20,378 nt of DNA, from the NCBI GenBank assembly GCA_024626585.2, contig JANKJI020000004.1, positions 22,702,844-22,723,221 of the forward strand. The letters run 5' to 3'. This document shows, piece after piece, positions 1 to 11,939 of the stretch. The notes beneath the pieces were generated by a model that worked only from the letters and a program-made list of their open reading frames with translations, made no database searches and was not told where the DNA came from. Made by a program: the position numbers and the translations under genes. The stretch is from Ginkgo biloba. Taxonomy: Eukaryota; Plantae; Ginkgophyta. Within the stretch, counting starts at the first letter, position 1. Each line of letters starts with the position of its first letter.

Positions 1-3000
1 TTAAATCAAAGGCCACATAGTGTCAAAGTCCCTACCTTTAGTGGTTCCACGTCTCAAGAAAAATAAATTGTTTTCAAATCACCAATAAATTGTAAACAAA
101 GCATTCAGATTTAAAACACGTCGCAAACTACAATACCTGTAGATGAGAATAAAATTAGCTTAAAAATGGGCAACACTATTATGAAGTCCCTGCTAGGCAG
201 GGACAATAATGATCATAATGTCAGGATTAGACAAAAGGTATAAAGAACAGATGGATAACAGATCTATCAAGGTAACAGGCAAGACAGTATAGTGAGCCTG
301 GCACTACATACTTGAACATCACACAAAACTAGCACATATAACATGGCAAATACAAAGAATGATCTCAGAAGGATTTTCTCTGAATTTAGTTGGAGTACAG
401 AAAGACCAATCAACAAGCAATGATGAGCATACACGATATACCAGTAACTGAACAAATTTTATAAGACAAACAAAATATCAAGTTATCAAAGTAGTTTTAT
501 TTTTATGACAATCACAGAAAAAAGAATGAAGATGTACAACAGATGTTTCACTGGATTCTTGGCGTTTCTACTTGAAACTCTTGCAACCCATACATACAAC
601 ATCAAAAGAGTTTATCAGTGTGCCTAAACTTATCTCACAATCCTATGGCATGCATAAAGAAGGGAGTACAAAACAACATAAAAATTCAAAACAAGTAGGC
701 AATTATGGCTACGTCAATGGTAAAACAAAACCAGAGAAAATATAGATATCTACATTCAACAAGGAAAGTGGGAAGGTAGATTAATCCAAGTTTGATTATG
801 AAGCTTGCAGCTTAGCCGTAGTATGGATAACTGGATTCAAGGCCTCTTGTACAACAAAGGTATATTGTCATATAAATATTTTCTGGGGATGCTGATTTGA
901 AAGAAGAGCATTAAAGGGAAAGAATTGTAGTGCATGGAATTAATTTGTTAAAAAGAATTGACCAAAACTAAGAAGTAAACTTCATAAAAATAGCCAATCT
1001 TTCTTCCTTGGTTTGACATAAACTAATAAAATTGCCATGTGCAAACAACACAGTATGTAGAACGAACCTCAAATGGTAATTTTCTGAAATATTGAACTTT
1101 AAAATATGCAAATTTAAGGGATAAAAAAGGGAAAATCCTAATGAAATTGCTAGAGCAACATAATACTCACTAAATTCCAATTTAAATAAATTCCTCAAAA
1201 GGAGTTGATAAAATTTGAACCTTGGTCAATTGCAGCTCAAAAATAAAGAATGCCTGCAGAAAAATGTGATTGGAGTAATGTTCTAGACGAAAAAAGGACC
1301 AAAAGTTTTTACTTAGGTTTTCATCATACATATAAAGTTTGGTAGAATTGTTTTCTTTGGCCTGACTCCAGTGTTCTGGTAATCTTGCAAACTTCTATTA
1401 CTTCTAAACTGATTTCCTGTGCTGGTTTGTGCTGCAGTATTTATTAGAGAACCCTCTACCTAGAAAATACTTAGGTACACCATGGTTATTAGACAATAAT
1501 GGAGGATCCCTAAAGAGATACACTTGAAACTCCTTAGTAAATGTGGAGATAGAGTTCTAGCTGACACCTCTTCAACACATAGGATTAAAGGTGTGGCGTT
1601 TGATTTGTGGCAGGTGTGAGTACCCTCATTTAGATTCAAGGCATGTGGAGGATCCATCACATTAATCAATTATACCTTGAGCATAGACCATCAATGAGCT
1701 AGGATCCATCATGATCTAATAATAACATGTGTCAACATTACACACTTTTTTGGGGATCTTTACAAGTGCGGTCTTCTCCTTTAATACCTTATGAGTTGGA
1801 AAGTTCAAACTCACAAACTCCGATCACCACCCCTACGAGGCCTAGATGTGAGTCTCTGGTGAATTGCATTTAACCTTCCATTCAATTCTATGGTGTTCAA
1901 GTTTTTTAATGGGGGATGCCAAATCCTCACCTCTACTCGATAGATTTTCGCGAACCTTGAAACATGAACTTTCTTTTATTTTAGGATCTACATCTTTCAG
2001 GATTTATTTGGATCAAAGACTTTGAGTGCATTCCATTTATTTTCTTAAACTTTAAATTCTTGAATGGTGAATATCCCTATTATTTACTCCTTTTTAATTT
2101 TCTCTCAGATATACTACTTTTGAGGATTTTAACTTGTTTGAAACATTGGGCATGACATCCCTTTTTCAAAGTCTGAAACCCAAAACTTGAACTACATTTT
2201 CTTGCATAATCTCCTCCCAGGCTAGTACAGTTAACTTATAGAGCAAGGTTACCATGGGGTCTTGTGGCTTCCCTTAACAATATTTAACTAGATTTTTGGC
2301 CTACGCCACCTCAGGGATTTTTTAAGGGAGGGAATCATTTAAAAGATCAAACTTCCAAAAATCTAAAACCCCAAAAGGATTTTTTGATTTGAGAAATAAA
2401 TTCTAGTAGGACTTCAAAGTTCAAGCTCTTTTATTCAGCACTTTCTACTAATATTTTAGTTTTGCAGGACTGTAGGGATTTTTGTTAAAAAGTGTCAGAC
2501 ATCAAAACCTAAGCAAACCCGAAAGCCTAATAGTTTTATTTTTATTCATTATTAGAGACATTCCCACCGTGCTTTTTCATATTCTCTTCTACTTGAGATA
2601 ACCCCTTCAACCTTCAAATTCATCCTTAATTCTATAATGGCACTCCCTTCATGTTATTCCTGCATAAGTTTGAGCCACCTTTCATGACCATAAAGTTACA
2701 CAATGCCCACCCAAAACCAACAATAAGGTCCTCTGTATGAGGCCTCTGAGGTGCCTCTTTTCCTAAGTGGACCCATGTATTATTTTAAAGGATTGAAATC
2801 ATCTGTAAAGGATATTCTTAGGGAATTTCCAGTAGCTCTACAAGTCTTCATAACTTGTGCTTTTTTTGTTCCCAACAAATAACAACACGATGGTAAGGAA
2901 GGCTTATTTATGGGTCAATACATCTATAGAGGATGGAAACAAGAGTTTATAAGGGTACCTGAACTGGGCTTATGTGAGGTTTAGGTAATACTGGAGAGTC

Positions 3001-4601
3001 TCTCTTAGTTAATTGGGAAACAAAAGCATTCATTCGGGGGGGGGTTCATCTTGCTTTGGGGAATACTTAGCTAAAGGAAATATACAACATAAGACAAAAA
3101 CAAATAAGGGACCCAAGATGGGGGGTTAACATGGTGAACATACTAACAAAGTAACATGAAAATATCCAAACTTTAAACATTTTAAAAAATAGGTATGTAT
3201 TTATCCAAACCTATCATTATCTAGGGTTAGTTGAAAATTTTAATTATGATTAAGTTAACACTTAGCAATAGTTTGACTAATAACTAATAATAATATCTTA
3301 GTCATATATCAAAACCCTCTATAAAATAGCATAAGTATCCAATTGATCATACCCTTTCATAAGTGTTTTAGTTTAAATCTTAATTATGGTCATTTCAATA
3401 ATCGATTATCATTNNNNNNNNNNNNNNNNNNNNNNNNNNNNNNNNNNNNNNNNNNNNNNNNNNNNNNNNNNNNNNNNNNNNNNNNNNNNNNNNNNNNNNN
3501 NNNNNNNNNNNNNATTGAAGGGCAACACCAAGGCATAAACCATCATCAAATTTTAGTTTAACAACCAAGAGCAAATGTTGAATTCCAACTGTGGATTGTT
3601 AAATCAACACACTATTAATCATTTGGACTTTGGTAAGTAAAAGTATTTATGCATTTCTAAACCCCTAGTATCTAAACCACATTTCTAAGTCCCATAACCA
3701 TGAGCCCAACTAGACTTAATATCTCCATCAAATATTTTTTAATGCAATTTAGCATCTAATTTCAATGCCTCGTGTTTTTCTTAAGGTTAAGGTGGTAATA
3801 ATGATGGAGATGGTCATAGTGTGTGAATAGGACCTTTAATTTTCACTAAAAAAAATTGNNNNNNNNNNNNNNNNNNNNNNNNNNNNNNNNNNNNNNNNNN
3901 NNNNNNNNNNNNNNNNNNNNNNNNNNNNNNNGACGCCATTTATTAAAAATAAGTATTATATATAAACATTCAAAGAAACTTATCAAAAAAGAATTTATGA
4001 GTATTAGAAATGATAGATTACTCAGCATACCAATTAACTCTTGGCATTTGAACAATTGCACAAATTCAGCTTTCAAATTTTACATTTCATCAACACGCTC
4101 CAAAGCTTTCAATTTCTACACTCCAACATGCTCCAGCGTCCATCAATAGATTATTTCAGTAGTAGAAAAATCAGNNNNNNNNNNNNNNNNNNNNNNNNNN
4201 NNNNNNNNNNNNNNNNNNNNNNNTAAAATGATGGCACTATACATTTGAAATAAACAAATATATTTTGAATTGCTTTCAATTTCCAATAACAAACATTTTA
4301 TTTGTCTGCAAAATTCTCATCCTAATAATTCACTTCTCGAGATCTCTGTCATATAGAGGAATAAGGTAGAAAAACACGCGCAAACAAGTTTTCTGAAGGT
4401 GCTCTGCGATTTCACCGCTAATCTTAAAAGAAAAAATAATTCCGTACAAAATATTATGGCACTGTGCATCACAAACCGTATATTATCTGCAGCTGATTGC
4501 GTTTTGTGTGAAAGAAAATACACAGTGCATGCAGTTACAGAGTGTGTCGAGCAGCCCAAGTGTGCCACATCGAAGAAATATACAGAAGTAACGCATGCTG
4601 G

Positions 4602-4610
4602 AAAATAAAA
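4602..4610 (-). terminator. Pol III T-run terminator of the tRNA-Thr gene
   Basis: TTTTATTTT on the minus strand about 10 nt after the discriminator base. Confidence 0.7.
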
Positions 4611-4619
4611 TGACAAGTG

Positions 4620-4691
4620 TGCCTCCATGCAGGATCGAACTACAGACCTTCAGTTTACAAGACTGACGCTCTGCCACTGAGCTATAGAGGC
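4620..4691 (-). tRNA. tRNA-Thr(TGT): tRNA-Thr(UGU), nuclear, intronless, apparently intact
   Basis: Reverse complement folds as a full cloverleaf: GCCTCTA TA GCTC AGTGGCA GAGC G TCAGT CTTGTAA ACTGA AGGTC TGTAG TTCGATC CTGCA TGGAGGC A. Anticodon TGT; A box (TAGCTCAGTGG) and B box (GTTCGATCC) intact; no encoded CCA. A CAA triplet lies just upstream (CATGCAACT), typical of plant tRNA genes. Confidence 0.97.
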
Positions 4692-6300
4692 AGTTGCATG
4701 TGATTTTCACTAAAAGTTTAAAGGACAAATTAACAATTGAAAACATTCTCTTTGTTTGAAATTCTCGATCATTTTTGGTGTCTCAGTCCTTTTAGCCATG
4801 GCAAATAATTGCCACAATNNNNNNNNNNNNNNNNNNNNNNNNNNNNNNNNNNNNNNNNNNNNNNNNNNNNNNNNNNNNNNNNNNNNNNNNNNNNNNNNNN
4901 NNNNNNNNNNNNNNNNNNNNNNNNNNNNNNNNNNNNNNNNNNNNNNNNNNNNNNNNNNNNNNNNNNNNNNNNNNNNNNNNNNNNNNNNNNNNNNNNNNNN
5001 NNNNNNNNNNNNNNNNNNNNNNNNNNNNNNNNNNNNNNNNNNNNNNNNNNNNNNNNNNNNNNNNNNNNNNNNNNNNNNNNNNNNNNNNNNNNNNNNNNNN
5101 NNNNNNNNNNNNNNNNNNNNNNNNNNNNNNNNNNNNNNNNNNNNNNNNNNNNNNNNNNNNNNNNNNNNNNNNNNNNNNNNNNNNNNNNNNNNNNNNNNNN
5201 NNNNNNNNNNNNNNNNNNNNNNNNNNNNNNNNNNNNNNNNNNNNNNNNNNNNNNNNNNNNNNNNNNNNNNNNNNNNNNNNNNNNNNNNNNNNNNNNNNNN
5301 NNNNNNNNNNNNNNNNNNNNNNNNNNNNNNNNNNNNNNNNNNNNNNNNNNNNNNNNNNNNNNNNNNNNNNNNNNNNNNNNNNNNNNNNNNNNNNNNNNNN
5401 NNNNNNNNNNNNNNNNNNNNNNNNNNNNNNNNNNNNNNNNNNNNNNNNNNNNNNNNNNNNNNNNNNNNNNNNNNNNNNNNNNNNNNNNNNNNNNNNNNNN
5501 NNNNNNNNNNNNNNNNNNNNNNNNNNNNNNNNNNNNNNNNNNNNNNNNNNNNNNNNNNNNNNNNNNNNNNNNNNNNNNNNNNNNNNNNNNNNNNNNNNNN
5601 NNNNNNNNNNNNNNNNNNNNNNNNNNNNNNNNNNNNNNNNNNNNNNNNNNNNNNNNNNNNNNNNNNNNNNNNNNNNNNNNNNNNNNNNNNNNNNNNNNNN
5701 NNAAAAAAATCTTAAATAAACCAATGAAGGTTCCCAACACGTGCCTAAGTGTATAATTCTTATAAATACTAATATTTTCACCATGAACATTTGACATGAA
5801 GGCACACAAACTAACTTTGTGACCATATAACATAGAAACAAAGTGGAGACCAATTTGAAAATGATATTAGAATTAAAGAACATTGTGACTATCTAGGCTA
5901 GCCTTATTTTATTTGAAAATAACACTATATGACTTAGGGCCACTTTTGACTAATAGATATAAAGTAAAGGGAATTAAAATAGAATTATCATCCATTTCAC
6001 ACCAAATTCTTAAGACAATTATGTTGAGCATAAATTTCATTAAATCATTCACATTTTAGTATTTTCTTAATGTTCCTTGACAAGTAGTTTAAGAAAAGTA
6101 TCTTGTGTTATAGTAATTAATTTTCAAAAAAGATAATTAGCTTAGTTTGTGTGCATATATAAGTGAATGTGAAATAACCCTTATTATATTAATACATAGT
6201 TCTAAATTCATTCTAAAAATTATAAACTACAAAGGCAATTCAAAATTATTGTATAACAGTGAGATGTTTATAAGGGTCCAAATAAGTATTTACTAATGTT

Positions 6301-6854
6301 TGTAAAAAACTTAATAATATCAACTAATAACACATGCAATTTACGTGGTTCTAGAAATAAATCTTCAATAATTATAATAACGTTGCTACTTTTTCTAGTC
6401 ACAAATTATAGATTCATATTCACAACTAATAAGAATGTTAAAGTACCTACTTCCTAAGAGAATTCAACTTAGAGATAAGGTGGTGATGGAAAGAAGGNNN
6501 NNNNNNNNNNNNNNNNNNNNNNNNNNNNNNNNNNNNNNAAGAACTACTTGCTTCCAAATCGCTCTTCCACTAGTTAGAAGTCAAGTGAAAATTATTGAGA
6601 TGAGCAGATAAGAAAATGAGTAAGAGAAAGGACTATTTATAACCTAGAATGCAATGCATTGCATTGCGCTAATCTTGAGTAAGCTAATGTTGTTGTTTTT
6701 CTCCCACATGGATCTTAGTGCCTTAAAACTTTAGTGTTCTCAAAGTAGATTGCCTAGTTTGATTATTTAAGTTGTTTTAAGGTACCTTAACTTACAACAC
6801 ACGTTTTCTTAGATTTAGCCACTCTAGGCTATGTTGTATTTTAAGAACACAACA
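6301..6854 (-). repeat. Probable 3' LTR of the gypsy element
   Basis: Begins with TG at 6854, 2 nt after the PPT. Contains a minus-strand TATAAATA (~6634-6641) and a candidate end ...TTTTTACA at 6301. The left boundary is inferred and no second LTR was found. Confidence 0.5.
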
Positions 6855-6856
6855 TA

Positions 6857-7470
6857 CTCTCCCTACTTAAAATTGCTTTAATCTCAAAGTACATACCCTC
6901 CCTACACAACATACATCTACCTCCCATGTAATGTCCTCTTCTAACTAATTCTTCCACTTGATGTGATATTCACGGATTTGTATAGATCTTAGCTACTTGG
7001 TGCAAGCCTCCAAGATTTCTTTTGACCCAAATTTTTATTTTTCCTTCTCTGTCAAGTATCCCTGATTCCATTTTGGGAACTACATTTTGCTTGATTTGTT
7101 TATTGAGATNNNNNNNNNNNNNNNNNNNNNNNNNNNNCATTTATAAGATAAGTAAAGCACATTGGAAACCTCTCCCACCCTTATGCATACTTTATAAGGG
7201 TTATAAAATTTGAGCACTAATTTATTTTTTCCTTTTTCTTCAAACGAGATCTATTTATAGGGTTGGAGATGCATAAAGACCATATTGCTTATATTAAATG
7301 ACCTTTGTGTATAATACATGTTTGCTTGTTATTTCATTCAATTATGTGATAAATTCAAGTTATACTTTAAGATTGATATGACTTCTTGCACTTCTTTAAG
7401 TCCAAATGTTATGTGTTGCTCCAACTCTAGATTCTTATAGATGATAATCCTTTATTATTGGTAGAGGAAT
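6857..7470 (-). mobile_element. Decayed Ty3/gypsy (chromovirus-type) LTR retrotransposon: integrase C-terminus, chromodomain and polypurine tract
   Basis: Manual minus-strand translation gives EVISILKYNLNLSHN*MK*QANMYYTQRSFNISNMVFMHLQPYK*ISFEEKGKNKLVLKFYNPYKVCIRVGEVS (GPY/F region), then LNKQIKQNVVPKMESGILDREGKIK, then KEILEACTK*LRSIQIREYHIKWKN*LEEDITWE (chromodomain, consensus EYLIKWK..P.EDATWE). This is followed by the PPT AAGTAGGGAGAG, TA, and TGTTGTG. Several stops and a frameshift. Confidence 0.88.
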
Positions 7471-10400
7471 TTCTTACAGAGCTAATAATGGTGGTAGTTT
7501 CATAGAAGTGACATATATTGTATTTTACTAATATTCCACTAAGTCTAACCATTTTATCCATAGATTTGTTTATCTATTATGTGGGTGTGGGTGTGTGGGT
7601 GTGGACTTATCCTTCTAAACACTTTTCCCAATTTTTTTCTAATCATTCATCTATGGGTGGTATGTTGTAGTCATATTAAATTATATTCCTATTGGACAAG
7701 ATAGTTCTTAGTAGAAGTTGCTTGTGAATTTGGGATCATGGTTGCAAACTATTCTTTTCAAAAATCCATGATATTGAATTTCCTTCATGGATATTTTAGC
7801 CANNNNNNNNNNNNNNNNNNNNNNNNNNNNNNNNNNNNNNNNNNNNNNNNNNNNNNNNNNNNNNNNNNNNNNNNNNNNNNNNNNNNNNNNNNNNNNNNNN
7901 NNNNNNNNNNNNNNNNNNNNNNNNNNNNNNNNNNNNNNNNNNNNNNNNNNNNNNNNNNNNNNNNNNNNNNNNNNNNNNNNNNNNNNNNNNNNNNNNNNNN
8001 NNNNNNNNNNNNNNNNNNNNNNNNNNNNNNNNNNNNNNNNNNNNNNNNNNNNNNNNNNNNNNNNNNNNNNNNNNNNNNNNNNNNNNNNNNNNNNNNNNNN
8101 NNNNNNNNNNNNNNNNNNNNNNNNNNNNNNNNNNNNNNNNNNNNNNNNNNNNNNNNNNNNNNNNNNNNNNNNNNNNNNNNNNNNNNNNNNNNNNNNNNNN
8201 NNNNNNNNNNNNNNNNNNNNNNNNNNNNNNNNNNNNNNNNNNNNNNNNNNNNNNNNNNNNNNNNNNNNNNNNNNNNNNNNNNNNNNNNNNNNNNNNNNNN
8301 NNNNNNNNNNNNNNNNNNNNNNNNNNNNNNNNNNNNNNNNNNNNNNNNNNNNNNNNNNNNNNNNNNNNNNNNNNNNNNNNNNNNNNNGTGTTAATCATCA
8401 ATAATCATTCTAATGTTGTAAGTAGTTGAGGCCATTAAGCATTTAATCCCTTTGTGATGTATAAATACTTCTGAGTTTAATTAATCAATAAGGGAATTTT
8501 TCCTATAAAAACCAAGATCTTCAAAGTGTCCTAGATGGTTGTAGAGAGCATTGGATGTAAGGATCTCATCCAGCATTAGGCATCAATCGACCCCATAGAT
8601 AGGATAGAAATTTTTATTTATATTTGAATTGTAGAGTTGGATAGGATTTTATTGATTAGTTATTATATTTTCTTTTTTGTAATTTAATTTTGTTCTTTTA
8701 TTTTACATCAGTAGTAGGTCTAGTTGAATTTCATGTTTAATTTTTATTCTCTCTAATATAACATAAATAATTGATGGAATTCATTTTTTCCTTCACTATT
8801 TAAAATATACAAACCCAAGTTGATAAATTAATGGCATCCATTCAAAATAAAGAAAATCACAATTTCAATATTGTTGTCAAGGACAATGAAACTATCACTA
8901 ATTTCTAGTCGTCTAAACAAAGAAAATAAAAAAATAGGATAAATAAAAAATTAGAGGGTCTAAGGAATAATTATAATTATAATTTATAATAGACTATTCT
9001 AGTAATGATAGTAGTTTAGAGGATATAAAATGACTATGTTAGAGAAAAATTACCCAAATCATTGGACTTCTATAATAAGGATCTGAACCTCTCAATGACC
9101 TACATTTTATTTATTTGAATTTATTTTAAATCATATCCACCTCAATAGTAGGGTTTAGGCGTGAAAACAAGTCCCTAATATGCTCTCAAGACATTCGTAA
9201 CTGTGTAAAAGGCGATAGAGAAACCAATTGTAATTATTCTTTAATTTCTCAAACTAGATCATAAAGAAGAAACCATCATAAAATCAATGTCTACTATGGA
9301 AAATATACGATAGAGAATAAATACTTGTTATAAGCAACAATAATGAAGAATATCTTAATAATGAACAAGAGAGAATCATCTTTCCTATTGCCAACATTAT
9401 TGATGCTTGATTAGTTCTATGAAGAATATTTCACTAGCAACCCTTGACGTGCCATCCTGCCCAGGAGGGGGTTTAGCACATGGTCCTATGGATTAAACTC
9501 ATTGAGGAGGCTATGACCAAAGGGGACTATTGGAGAGTTTTTACTACTTAGGGTTTTCTCTCTCTACCTCATCTATCTCTCTCTCTCACATGCACACTTT
9601 ATTTAACTACGGGTTAATAAAGTATCTCATTAGTTAGATATGGACTAAGTCTAGTTAATGTGTATGCAAAGGCATATTACTAATATTGAATATGTCNNNN
9701 NNNNNNNNNNNNNNNNNNNNNNNNNNNNNNNNNNNNNNNNNNNNNNNNNNNNNNNNNNNNNNNNNNNNNNNNNNNNNNNNNNNNNNNNNNNNNNNNAAAA
9801 CTTAACATTTATATAGAAAAAGTTGTGAAACCTTATGGAGTACGTAATATTCTTGCGAAATATATTTCCCTACAACTAGAGAATAGAGTTTCATTTAGAA
9901 AAATAGTGAAAAAATATATTAAACTGGTTGAACAAGAAAATATAAGAGGTACTCAAATACAAAATGCAAGATGTCTCAACAAAAATAAAATTACCCATGT
10001 CGAATGGGCCAGAGGAGGTAGGGTTCCCCTATAGACCACTCAATCTAGAATTGATCATTTCCATGATCCAATTAAAACCATCTATGGAGTAATAAGGATC
10101 AAAATTTAGATCTTTGAGGGTGAGAAATTACCCAACTTGTTGGAATGTTGAAATATGTGAATGCTCGAATATGCATAATGTTTTCCAATTTATCACATTC
10201 ATTATATATGGATATATCCAAAGCCTCTATAATGTCTATATAACCTCACTTCTATTCTTCATTGATAAGTAGTAGTCTTATTTGAAGAGATGTAGTCCTT
10301 GTGATCAGTGTAAGTCCTTTTATGGATCTTCTTATCATATGCTCTATATTTAACATTGGAGGCTTCTTTATATCAGACCTTTTTTTATGTTTATATAAAT

Positions 10401-10472
10401 ATCTCTTCACATTGGGTGTTTCCCTTTCTATTCTTTCCCCATCCCCTCCCCACTCACATTCACACGTATATA

Positions 10473-10487
10473 TGTGTGTGTGTGTGT
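10473..10487 (+). repeat. (TG)7 microsatellite
   Basis: Directly visible; preceded by a short TA run and a CT-rich tract. Confidence 0.85.
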
Positions 10488-10604
10488 CACCCCGACGGAG
10501 TGTGCAGTTTTGGCATAGAGAAGCGACATTAGTATAGCAATTGTGTATTTTTGGTAATTCAACAAGCATTTTGTGAAGAGTTGCATTAGTGAGAAAGCAT
10601 GGCA

Positions 10605-10930
10605 GACCCATACCATCGCTGAAGACACAATGTATACTGACACCAGCATGCCTTAAGGGTGATCGACATCGTCGAGGATGAATAAGCACTGACCGACATC
10701 GTTGGGAGAAATCGACAACAATATGAGGTGGTGACCAACATCATCATAGAGGACGCTAGACGATCGACATCGTCGAAAGAGCAGAAAGATGGACAACACC
10801 ATCGAGAAAATAAAGACCAACACCAACATTCAATATGAAGAATCAACATCGTTAGATGAAGGGAAGTAGACACTGACATACCTTGAGGAGGATCGACGCC
10901 CGCGGGCAAGAGGTAAACCAACACTGACAT
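10605..10930 (+). repeat. Degenerate array of a ~15-bp motif GA(T/C)CGACATCGTCGA with variable spacers
   Basis: Exact copies at 10661 and 10762; variants at 10691, 10733, 10791 and 10841; partial copies at 10605, 10636, 10710, 10815, 10871, 10891 and 10922. Confidence 0.75.
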
Positions 10931-11310
10931 GATTTTAGGATATAAAAAGAGAGTTATGTAGGATGATTGAGGCTGGAGAACATGATGGGTAAGAGTCCCA
11001 AATGACTCAAATAATATATAGGTTATTTAATTTAGATGCATGCACTGAGGAGGCCAGAGGATAAGAGCATGCAAAAGATCATTGTTGGTATGAAGGAAGT
11101 AATTAATATTTCTCATCTACTAAGCGGTTGAGGAAGTGGAAGTAGAGGAAGGTGAAGCCATGAAGGATTGTTGCATATCATTAATGGTTGTATCCATTAC
11201 AGGCATTGGATACCTCACCTAACATAACTATTAGAGTAGAGGAACATTGGCACTCAAGTCATTCCCAGTTGTTTGAACCTCAAGCTTAAAAGCCTAGAGT
11301 AGATATAGAA

Positions 11311-11939
11311 AAAGGGTTTCATAATCAAAGTGGTGGATCCACTGATAAATAGAGTGGGTTCCATAATCGAAGTGATGGATCCACTCGTAAACAGAGTGGT
11401 TTCCACAATTAGAGGGGTGGATCCACTATTTATCACAGTGGGTTTCGCCATTAGGTGGTGGTTTTCGTAGTTGGTGAGTTGAATCGTTGGCCAGGTTTGA
11501 AGGTTCAAAAGGTAGAGGTGATGGTTGGATGATGGGTATAAAGGTGGTTCCTATGGTGAGATGAGTTGGTTGGATGGTTCAAGGGTTCGACAGTGGGAGT
11601 TTTTTCCCCTAGTTAGTTGGTTAATTTATGGGCCAAGTTCAAAGGGTTTTTTGGCCGACTTGGTTGGTTGATTCGTCGATGAGAAGAGGTTGAGATGTAA
11701 GGAAGGCAAATGGAAGGTTGATGCACTATGGTGGATGAAATGGAAGAAGAATTAAACCCTAGAGGGCGATTGGAAAAGAAGATCCCAAGATCAAGTTACA
11801 AGGAAAGGCAGAGGATTGAAGAAATATCAAGAAGCTAAGTGTGGAGATCATAGGTTCGAATATATACCTACAAGATTCGATGGTGAGAGTCGATGGGGAA
11901 GGAGCAACAACCAACGCTAAAGGACTATGCAAATCATCG
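11311..11939 (+). repeat. Direct repeat copy 1 (~630 bp, truncated by gap), probably retroelement LTR/UTR-derived
   Basis: Colinear with 12801-13430 at an offset of ~1491 nt; roughly 80% identical by eye. Confidence 0.9.
11321..11446 (+). repeat. 42-bp tandem repeat x3 (also at ~12812-12935)
   Basis: Units start at 11321, 11363 and 11405. Consensus ~ACAATCRAAGTGGTGGATCCACTGGTAAACAGAGTGGGTTCC, each carrying the palindromic core TGGATCCA. Confidence 0.9.

Noticed and set aside
1740-3060. Possible extremely decayed L1 LINE 3' region on the minus strand (WHPP near 1910-1921, GVVIG, SYWK)
   Set aside because: Only scattered 4-5 aa resemblances with wrong spacing; needs a frameshift-aware HMM search to support.
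4563-4572. USE-like TGCCACATCG (also CTCCCACATGG at 6701)
   Set aside because: Mismatched to consensus, no correctly spaced TATA, and no snRNA or telomerase-RNA-like sequence downstream.
4399-4746. Short ORFs overlapping or flanking the tRNA gene
   Set aside because: No domain-like features; explained as chance frames over the tRNA and its flanks.
7580-7604. (TGTGGG)n tract as a G-quadruplex or telomeric repeat
   Set aside because: Only three GGG runs and not TTTAGGG; an ordinary short simple repeat.
8388-8720. Possible LTR end plus primer-binding site (TATAAATA ~8460; TTTTACA-TCAGTAGTAGG ~8701-8718)
   Set aside because: No recognisable match to TGGTATCAGAGC or another tRNA 3' end, and no gag motif downstream.
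10431-10455. miR482-like pyrimidine tract TCTTTCCCCATCCCCTCCCCACTC
   Set aside because: No complementary star arm nearby; part of low-complexity sequence next to a TG microsatellite.
10605-10930. CRISPR array interpretation of the palindromic motif array
   Set aside because: Repeats are only ~15 bp and degenerate, spacers are ~5-16 nt and irregular, no cas genes are present, and the context is plant nuclear DNA.
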